Shown here piece by piece: positions 57,462 through 64,000 of a DNA stretch of 64,000 nucleotides. This DNA is from Candidatus Micrarchaeota archaeon. GTDB lineage: Archaea > Micrarchaeota > Micrarchaeia > Anstonellales > Bilamarchaeaceae. The DNA lies in assembly GCA_016926175.1 (NCBI GenBank), contig JAFGPA010000001.1, positions 977 to 64,976 of the forward strand. Direction: 5' to 3'. The stretch's first letter is position 1, and every line of letters begins with the position of its first letter. The notes under the pieces were generated by a model, which did no database searches, had not been told where the DNA came from, and saw only the letters and a list, made by a program, of their open reading frames with translations. Made by a program: the position numbers and the translations under genes.

Positions 57462-58103
57462 ATGGGTGCTTATAAATATATAACCGAGACACTGCAAAAG
57501 CAATATAAAGAAAGAAGCGAGGAATTCAGGAAAAAGGTAATCGGCTGGAGAAAAGAAGGTGCAATTGTCCAGGTTGAAAAGCCTTCAAATATTTCAAGAG
57601 CCAGGACACTTGGCTACAAGGCAAAACAGGGCTATGTGGTTGTCCGCGTAAGGGTTGACAAGGGCAGAAGAACAAAAAGAAGGTCAATGGGCGGAAGAAA
57701 GCACAAGAACTATCACCTATTTGTACAGCCTCAGCTTTCCCACCAGACAATTGCAGAGCAGAGAGCCAACAGAAAATATACAAATCTTGAAGTTCTGAAT
57801 TCTTATTGGGTTGGCGAAGACGGAAACTACAAATTCTTTGAAGTTCTGCTGGCGGATGCTTCCAAGCCCACTGTAAATGTAAGCTCTGTTGTGAGGCAGG
57901 GAAAAGCATTCCGGGGGCTGACTTCTGCAGGCAATTCAAGAGCCAGAAAAAGAAAAACAAAAAACAAGAAAAGAAGGCGGGATGCAAGGCAGAACAAGCC
58001 ATACAAATTCGAGGAATACAGGAAAAAAGAAAAGCAGGAGCCAAAAAAAGCTGCTGCCAAGCCCAAGCCGAAAAAGACAAAGCAGAAAAAAGAGAAGAAG
58101 TAG
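57462..58103 (+). CDS. rpl15e: 50S ribosomal protein L15e (eL15) with a Lys-rich C-terminal extension
   Basis: MGAYKYITETLQKQYKERSEEF...YVVVRVRVDKGRRTKRRSMGGRK. The tail is KKEKQEPKKAAAKPKPKKTKQKKEKK. Confidence 0.95.
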   Translation: MGAYKYITETLQKQYKERSEEFRKKVIGWRKEGAIVQVEKPSNISRARTLGYKAKQGYVVVRVRVDKGRRTKRRSMGGRKHKNYHLFVQPQLSHQTIAEQRANRKYTNLEVLNSYWVGEDGNYKFFEVLLADASKPTVNVSSVVRQGKAFRGLTSAGNSRARKRKTKNKKRRRDARQNKPYKFEEYRKKEKQEPKKAAAKPKPKKTKQKKEKK

Positions 58104-58544
58104 ATGTTTGATATAATTTGCTGCGAAGCCGACCCAAAGAAATTCGGCTTTGCCAAATTCTTTTCTAATCTTAAAATCGAGAATGCTGAAAATCTTCAGG
58201 AAGCAGCGAAATTCAGAAACCGGAAGGTGCTGATTTCACTTCGTGACTATTCATATGATGAAGGCGCCGTGAAGCTCATTGCTGAAAAGAAAAATGCCTG
58301 CTTTTTTATAGATCTTTCCAGGCTGATCCGCAGCAGGGGGATTCCAAGGGCAATACTGATGTCCAAACTGCGTAATTTCCTTAGATGCTGCAACAGGCAT
58401 GGTGCATATTATGCATTTGCATCATTTGCCAAAACAGAGTCTGAAATACGCACTGCTTCTGAATTATGCCATATTGCAATGCTGTTTGACATAACCCGGG
58501 GCCAGGCGGAATTTGCACTGAAAATGATAATCCACTACCAGTAA
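58104..58544 (+). CDS. rnp3: RNase P protein component 3 (Rpp30-like), unusually short
   Basis: VKLIAEKKNACFFIDLSRLI...RAILMSKLRNFLRCCNRHGAYYAFASFAKTESEIRTASEL...RGQAEFAL aligns by eye with the C-terminal half of Pyrococcus Rpp30. It follows rpl15e. Confidence 0.6.
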   Translation: MFDIICCEADPKKFGFAKFFSNLKIENAENLQEAAKFRNRKVLISLRDYSYDEGAVKLIAEKKNACFFIDLSRLIRSRGIPRAILMSKLRNFLRCCNRHGAYYAFASFAKTESEIRTASELCHIAMLFDITRGQAEFALKMIIHYQ

Positions 58545-59041
58545 ATTTTTGATGCGGAAAAAGAAAGCGTGATCTTCTTGTTTTTTGGTTCGCAGCTTTC
58601 CGAAATATCATATGATATGTCTTCTGCCCTTATTGCCAGGCATCCGTTGCTTCTTTTTATGCATTCCCCCTCCCTAACATTTGCCTGGATAAGAGTATTT
58701 GATTTTGAGTCGTCTATCATTATTAGCGCGGTTTCATCAGTAACCCTGCAATTTTCATCCATCTGGATTCTTATGTTCCAAACCCGTGTAATGATGCCTC
58801 TGTAAACCCCCTTTCCGTTTTCTTCTATTGTGATGCTGGCCTTTGGCAGTACATATCCGCAGTTTCCATCAACTTTGCATTCTGCATCCGGTTTCGGAAC
58901 TGGCATCTGCTCTGGTTTTTTGGCATGTTTTTCTATTTTAATATCTATTTTCGGGAATTTTTTCAGTGCCGGCATGTGCTCTGCAGGTCCTCTGTCAGAA
59001 GATAAGACCGCAAATGCCAGGATGGGCAGGAATTTCCGCAT
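58535..59041 (-). CDS. hypothetical secreted protein
   Basis: 168 aa with signal-like MRKFLPILAFAVLS. No motif recognised. Confidence 0.45.
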   Translation of the reverse strand: MRKFLPILAFAVLSSDRGPAEHMPALKKFPKIDIKIEKHAKKPEQMPVPKPDAECKVDGNCGYVLPKASITIEENGKGVYRGIITRVWNIRIQMDENCRVTDETALIMIDDSKSNTLIQANVREGECIKRSNGCLAIRAEDISYDISESCEPKNKKITLSFSASKIYW

Positions 59042-59095
59042 ATCGTTCTAATGATTGTAAGCATTTATAAACATTTATTGCCATAAACAAATACT

Positions 59096-59545
59096 ATGTC
59101 CAAGTTAAAATCATCTTTTGCCATGGCCGTTGGTGCGGCTGCAATAGGAACAACAGTTTACTTTCACCAGGAAAAATATTCTTCAGAATCCATCTGGAGA
59201 AGACAGAAGGGAGGAATAGAAAAAGTAACCCTGTCAAATACAGAAGCAAACAAACTGAGGTATGAGCAGCTCAAGAAAGGCCTTGACGATCTGAAAGGCG
59301 CAGGCACAGAAGAAAAGTGTAAATTCGAGCTTAAATTTGCAGCAATGCTTGAAAAAAGATCCGATAAGGCTGCAGAAGAATACCTGAACAGAAAAAGCTA
59401 CAATCCATACCTGGAATGCCAGTGTTTTGAAAGAATTAAGGAAACGGGCTCAAACTGGAAGGGGTGGATAGGCATTGCAGGCCTGGCAGTGTTCATTTCA
59501 GGCCTTGTAAGCTTTATAGAATCCTTAAGGAAGAGGGGCTACTAG
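59096..59545 (+). CDS. hypothetical membrane protein
   Basis: 149 aa with hydrophobic segments at both the N- and C-terminus. No motif recognised. Confidence 0.45.
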   Translation: MSKLKSSFAMAVGAAAIGTTVYFHQEKYSSESIWRRQKGGIEKVTLSNTEANKLRYEQLKKGLDDLKGAGTEEKCKFELKFAAMLEKRSDKAAEEYLNRKSYNPYLECQCFERIKETGSNWKGWIGIAGLAVFISGLVSFIESLRKRGY

Positions 59546-60417
59546 ATATCTTTACCTGTAAGAATTTTGTAAGCCTGCAAATATCTTTCTGTTGTTTTTT
59601 CAATGATTTCCTGCGGGAGTTTTGGCGGAGGGGGAGCTTTGTTCCAGCCTGTCTTCTCAAGATAATCGCGGACATACTGCTTGTCAAGACTTTCAAGAAT
59701 CCCATGTTCATATTTTTCCTTAATCCAGTATCTTGAGGAATCGGGAGTGAGTGCCTCATCGATCAGAATAATCTGTTTTTTGCCGTTCTTTTCAAGAATG
59801 CCGAACTCGAATTTTGTGTCGGCCAGCACAAGTCCTTTTTCCATTGCATGCTTTTTTGCAAAATTGTAAAGCTCTATGCTTTTGGTTTTTACAAAATCAA
59901 AAGTTTCGGCGCCGACTATCTGGCGGCCGGTTGCTTCATCAACATTTTCGTCATGATGCCCAAGTTCTGCTTTTGTCGATGGCGTAAAGATCGGTTCAGG
60001 CAATTCGCTGCCGTTTTTCAGGCCTGATGGAAGTTTGATTCCGCAGACCGTTCCTTTTTCCCGGTATTCCTTCCAGGCACTTCCTGTGATATATCCGCGG
60101 ACAACGCACTCCATCATAACCGGGATTGCCTTTTTTACTATTATCGCCCTGCCTTTAAGATAATCCGGAAGTCCGGGCGGCATATCGCTGCCAAGATAGT
60201 GGTTCGGTACTATGCTTTCGGTTTTTTTGAACCAGAAAACAGAAACGGCCGTCAGTACCTGCCCTTTTTTCGGAATTCCCTCACTAAATACAACGTCGAA
60301 TGCACTGAGCCTGTCAGTTGCAACCATGAGAAGACTATCATCAAGTTCATAGGTATCCCTGACTTTTCCTTTTCTTAATAGCTTTAATCCAAGATTAGTT
60401 TCAGTAACTGTTCCCAT
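59542..60417 (-). CDS. purC: phosphoribosylaminoimidazole-succinocarboxamide (SAICAR) synthase
   Basis: LLRKGKVRDTYELDDSLLMVATDRLSAFDVV...LADTKFEFG. Confidence 0.92.
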   Translation of the reverse strand: MGTVTETNLGLKLLRKGKVRDTYELDDSLLMVATDRLSAFDVVFSEGIPKKGQVLTAVSVFWFKKTESIVPNHYLGSDMPPGLPDYLKGRAIIVKKAIPVMMECVVRGYITGSAWKEYREKGTVCGIKLPSGLKNGSELPEPIFTPSTKAELGHHDENVDEATGRQIVGAETFDFVKTKSIELYNFAKKHAMEKGLVLADTKFEFGILEKNGKKQIILIDEALTPDSSRYWIKEKYEHGILESLDKQYVRDYLEKTGWNKAPPPPKLPQEIIEKTTERYLQAYKILTGKDI

Positions 60418-60440
60418 GGATGATTTTAATCTGAGCGAAA

Positions 60441-61328
60441 TTATAAGCTTTTTGATAATTCCAGCACTTCCTTAAGCATGGAGATGTTCAGAACCGGCAT
60501 TTCGAATTCTTCCTGGTCATCTGCTATCCTTGGGCATGCCGTATTTACAAGACAGTCGAATACCATGAAATTCTTTATTGACATTGGCTCCAGTTCATTT
60601 GCAACCAGTATTGCGTTTTCAATGCCTCTTTTGTCGAGCTCCTGCTTTGCCCATTTCGCCTGGGCAATGCCGAACTGCCCTGGTTTTGTTGATACAAGTA
60701 TCCCGAATTTTTTGCAGGTCAGTGCCTTTGCAATTGCTCCTTTCCTTCTTTTCTTCAGAGTTTCAATGTCTTCATTCAGGTTCCTGACTCTGTCCTCATA
60801 TGGATTGTAGGCGAATACAGGCTTTTCAGAATCAATTGCCAAAGGATGAAATCTTCCGCTTCCGACAAAAACAATTGCGTCTGCAGAATTGTCTATGGTT
60901 GTCGCATCGCAGCCAAGTATCTGCCCCATTGTTCTTGCCCCTTGTTTTGCCAGGACAGTTTTTCCGTTTTTCTCAAAGAATTCCTTCATTTCTTCAAACT
61001 GGTGCACATGCTGAACTGTTGTTCCCAAAGAGATGGTTTTGTAATTTGCTATCTCCGGCAACAGTTTTTCCAGCTTTTCGATTTTGATGCTGAAATGGTA
61101 GGGCACATATTCAACTGGTATTGGAAGTTTCGTATTGATGAATTTGTTGTGGCCGAAGTGGACAATCCTGTCTGCTTCAAGCCATCTGGCTTCATCCAGG
61201 CACAGGTCGCATGCACCATAGCATGCTGAAGCAGAAAGAAAAACCTCGTGGCCTTCTTTTTCGTATTCTTTCGCCAGTTCAGGGCCTTTTTGCTTTAGGC
61301 CTTCCGGGAACTGCAGAAGTATCCTCAT
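60441..61328 (-). CDS. dph2: diphthamide biosynthesis enzyme Dph2 (2-(3-amino-3-carboxypropyl)histidine synthase)
   Basis: ILLQFPEGLK...SASACYGACDL...VGSGRFHP...NTACPRI. Confidence 0.88.
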   Translation of the reverse strand: MRILLQFPEGLKQKGPELAKEYEKEGHEVFLSASACYGACDLCLDEARWLEADRIVHFGHNKFINTKLPIPVEYVPYHFSIKIEKLEKLLPEIANYKTISLGTTVQHVHQFEEMKEFFEKNGKTVLAKQGARTMGQILGCDATTIDNSADAIVFVGSGRFHPLAIDSEKPVFAYNPYEDRVRNLNEDIETLKKRRKGAIAKALTCKKFGILVSTKPGQFGIAQAKWAKQELDKRGIENAILVANELEPMSIKNFMVFDCLVNTACPRIADDQEEFEMPVLNISMLKEVLELSKSL

Positions 61329-61358
61329 GATGATAAATTAGGAAAAAAGAGTTAAAAA

Positions 61359-63692
61359 CTAGTAATCTTCCAATTCATATTCGTTTTTTTCATCAGGATG
61401 AAGCTTTTCTAGGCGCTTCAGCATGATTTTCTGTTCAGCGCTTGCAACAATTCTCCTTGTTCTGCCTATGGCATCCGGGTTTACAGACATGCTTGTGATT
61501 CCAAATTCCACCAGGCATTCTGCAAATTCAGGATAAACGGAAGGCGCCTGGCCGCAAAGAGAGCTTGTAACACCGAATCTGTTGCATGTTTTGATCACTC
61601 TTTTCAATGCCCGCAATACTGCCTCGCTCCTTTCATCAAAGCTTTCTGCCATCGTCGCCGAATCACGGTCAATACCCAGGATCAGCTGTGTAAGGTCATT
61701 GGTGCCAATGGAGATGCCATCAATTCCTTCCTTGCAGAACTGGTCTATGACAATTACAGTGCTTGGCACTTCCACCATGATCCAGAGCTTGAAATCCCTG
61801 GTTCTGTAGATTCCCACAGATTGCATCATCTCCTTTATTGCACGGAGTTCCCCGACTCTCCTGATGAACGGAATCATGAGCCAGAGGTTCTTCAAATGAT
61901 ATTGTTCCCTTACCTTTTTGATGGCCTCAAGTTCCATTTTGAATACATCCGGCTCTTTTATGTATCTTGAAGCTCCGCGGTAGCCCATCATCGGATTTTC
62001 CTCATGGGGCTCGTATTTTTCTCCGCCTTCAAGGTTCCTGTATTCATTTGTTTTGAAATCCGTTGCTCTGTAAACAACAGGCCTTGGATGGAATGCAGCA
62101 GCAAATCTTCTCATGCCCTCTGCAAGCTTTTCAACGAATTCCTCTCTTCTGCCATCATCAAGCATTTTTCTCGGATGCTGGCCTATGTCAGCGATCATGA
62201 ATTCTGCGCGTAACAATCCGATGCCGTCTGCCGGCAGCTTGGAAACTTTTTCTGCCTGCTCCACGCTTGCAAGATTGACGTAGATCTTTGTTCCTGTTAC
62301 CGGTACGCTTTCAGTTGCAATTGCCGGGGTTTCTTCCGCCTCTTCAGGAGATGAAACCATGCCTTCATAAATAATTCCATGGCTTCCGTCCACAGATATT
62401 TCCATTCCGTCTTTCAGCACTTCTGTTGCCCTTTCCGTTCCGACAACACAAGGCACTCCCAGTTCCCTGGAAACAATGGCTGCATGGCTTGTCATTCCTC
62501 CGGTGTTTGTTACGATTGCAGCAGCTTTTTTCATCGCAGGAACGAAATCCGGAGTTGTCATCTCTGTGACAAGCACTTCTCCTCTTTCCATTATTCTGAT
62601 TTCCTTTGAGCTTTTGATTATCCTTACTTTTCCCATGCCCATACCTGGCGCCGAACCAAGTCCTTTCAGCAATATCTTTGCTTTTGAAACATCCTGTTTT
62701 GCCATTTTTTCATCTCCAGATCCAGCAGTTTTGTTATCAAGCGTTGTTATTGGCCTTGACTGGACAATGTAAAGATTGCCTTTTTCAAATGCATATTCCA
62801 GATCCTGGGGGAATTTATAGTGATCTTCAATTCTTTTGCATTCTTTTGCCAGATCAATCAATTCCGAATCCGTAAGTTTCTGGTTGCCCTGCGCATCCTC
62901 CTTTATGTCTACTTTTTTGTTTTTGCCATGCATCTTTATCAGCATCCATGGCTGCCGGGCAACATTCTTGTCAATGATTTTGAAATCCTTTTTGTCTATT
63001 CTGTATGTGTCAGGCGTGACCTGTCCGCTTACAACTACTTCTCCAAGCCCATATGCAGCTTCAATGGAGATAATATCAGGATCCTGGTATAACGGATCAA
63101 CTGTGAACACAACGCCGGCCTTCTCGCTCTGCACCATCTTCTGAACAACTGCCGACAATCCGACTTTCATATGTTCGAATTTATTTTCAACTCTGTAGAA
63201 TATTGCTCTTGGCTCGAACAATGATGCCCAGCATTTTTTCACTGCATGGACGACATCCTCGGTTCCGTAAACATTCAGATATGTTGACTGTTGCCCTGCA
63301 AATGATGCAGTTGGCAGATCCTCTGCAGTTGCAGAGCTTCTTACTGCAACATATGTTTCTTCGCCGTAAATCTGGTTCAGTTCCTTGTATGCCTTTACTA
63401 TGTCGTCATGGATGTCTGTTGGCATAGGAGCTTCAAGAATAAGAGATTCTATCCTTTCAGACGCTTCTACAAGCTTGTCCTGATCATTTACATCAAGTTT
63501 ATCAAGTATTTCAGATATTGGCCCATTCAGGTTATTGGCTTCAAGGTGCTTGTAGTATGCATTGCTGCTCGTTACAAATCCATTGGGAATGGGAAATCCG
63601 TGCTTGTACATTTCTCCAAGATTGGCACCCTTCCCGCCAGCCACAGCCAGGCTTGTTTTATCCAATTCTTTAAACCAGAATATATTTTTCAT
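61359..63692 (-). CDS. ppsA: phosphoenolpyruvate synthase (pyruvate, water dikinase)
   Basis: GGKGANLGEM, the phosphohistidine loop TNTGGMTSHAAIVSRELGVPCVVG, and the C-terminal PEP-utilizing TIM barrel. 777 aa, so no intein. Confidence 0.97.
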   Translation of the reverse strand: MKNIFWFKELDKTSLAVAGGKGANLGEMYKHGFPIPNGFVTSSNAYYKHLEANNLNGPISEILDKLDVNDQDKLVEASERIESLILEAPMPTDIHDDIVKAYKELNQIYGEETYVAVRSSATAEDLPTASFAGQQSTYLNVYGTEDVVHAVKKCWASLFEPRAIFYRVENKFEHMKVGLSAVVQKMVQSEKAGVVFTVDPLYQDPDIISIEAAYGLGEVVVSGQVTPDTYRIDKKDFKIIDKNVARQPWMLIKMHGKNKKVDIKEDAQGNQKLTDSELIDLAKECKRIEDHYKFPQDLEYAFEKGNLYIVQSRPITTLDNKTAGSGDEKMAKQDVSKAKILLKGLGSAPGMGMGKVRIIKSSKEIRIMERGEVLVTEMTTPDFVPAMKKAAAIVTNTGGMTSHAAIVSRELGVPCVVGTERATEVLKDGMEISVDGSHGIIYEGMVSSPEEAEETPAIATESVPVTGTKIYVNLASVEQAEKVSKLPADGIGLLRAEFMIADIGQHPRKMLDDGRREEFVEKLAEGMRRFAAAFHPRPVVYRATDFKTNEYRNLEGGEKYEPHEENPMMGYRGASRYIKEPDVFKMELEAIKKVREQYHLKNLWLMIPFIRRVGELRAIKEMMQSVGIYRTRDFKLWIMVEVPSTVIVIDQFCKEGIDGISIGTNDLTQLILGIDRDSATMAESFDERSEAVLRALKRVIKTCNRFGVTSSLCGQAPSVYPEFAECLVEFGITSMSVNPDAIGRTRRIVASAEQKIMLKRLEKLHPDEKNEYELEDY

Positions 63693-63790
63693 AATAGAAC
63701 CCCCAAGAAATATTTTAGCTAAAATAGCAGATATCCTTTATAATACTGTCTGCCTTCGACGAGAGATTTCAAGCAACCAATTAAAACCTT

Positions 63791-64000
63791 TCAACAGCAT
63801 ATCCTTCTGTGAATTCTATGAAAATTGGTGACAATGTAGAACTGCCAAGCCTCATTTCTCTCATTCTGCAGGTTTCCCTTTGAAGGCTTTAATTTGTTTG
63901 TAACTTTCTCTGCATGCTGTCCTGCAATATAGCCAAGAAAGTATGACAGAATCACGTTGATGGATAATCCTATCATCAAAGCGCCTGCGAAAATAGAGAG
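63791..64000 (-). CDS. partial ORF running off the window edge (possible C-terminus of a membrane protein)
   Basis: The frame is open from 64000 (LSIFAGALMIGLSINVILSYFLGYIAG...). No motif recognised. Confidence 0.25.
   Translation of the reverse strand, partial: LSIFAGALMIGLSINVILSYFLGYIAGQHAEKVTNKLKPSKGNLQNERNEAWQFYIVTNFHRIHRRICC

Noticed and set aside
1-64000. CRISPR arrays, rRNA genes, reverse transcriptase/DGR components and intact IS elements.
   Set aside because: I saw no regularly spaced short repeats, no rRNA-like sequence, and no RT or cas-like ORFs in the six-frame track. Only the degraded rve-like remnant is listed, in the features.

Overview
This window reads as a compact archaeal chromosome segment. 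Supporting genes are Hjc, Alba, aEF-1beta, ribosomal proteins eL15/uS13/uS4/uS11, Rpo3/RpoD, RNase P Rpp30, Dph2, a complete A-type ATP synthase operon atpHIKECFABD, and tRNAs with bulge-helix-bulge introns. Overlapping stop/start codons are frequent, and GGTGA/GGAGG-like ribosome-binding sites are common. There are many Cys-rich secreted or lipoprotein-type proteins, and several ribosomal proteins carry K/E/P-rich tails. Together these suggest an uncultivated, possibly DPANN-like lineage, but that is inference only. All calls rest on reading the supplied ORF translations and the DNA; no database search was possible. Core content: the mevalonate pathway (mvk, class II HMG-CoA reductase), a glycosylation cluster, ppsA, purC, dus, GH15, transporters, and two-component proteins. 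Observations worth follow-up: (1) a tRNA-Thr(GGU) that needs two introns removed, one of them in the T loop. (2) A 47-bp duplication of the 5' flank plus the first 13 nt of an intron-containing tRNA-Leu(GAG). (3) Directly downstream of that tRNA, a roughly 5.4-kb block that looks like a decayed integrated island: methyltransferase fragment, ArsR-controlled thiol-redox/permease cluster, DUF234 ATPase, rve-like integrase remnant, HTH fragment. (4) A roughly 1285-codon signal-peptide-to-membrane-anchor surface protein interrupted by a single in-frame TAA. (5) A block of orphan genes including an 893-aa protein with large internal repeats. (6) An unknown internally duplicated protein in an operon with mevalonate kinase. 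(7) An unannotated 52-aa zinc-ribbon ORF. No CRISPR array, rRNA, intein or intact mobile element was seen.
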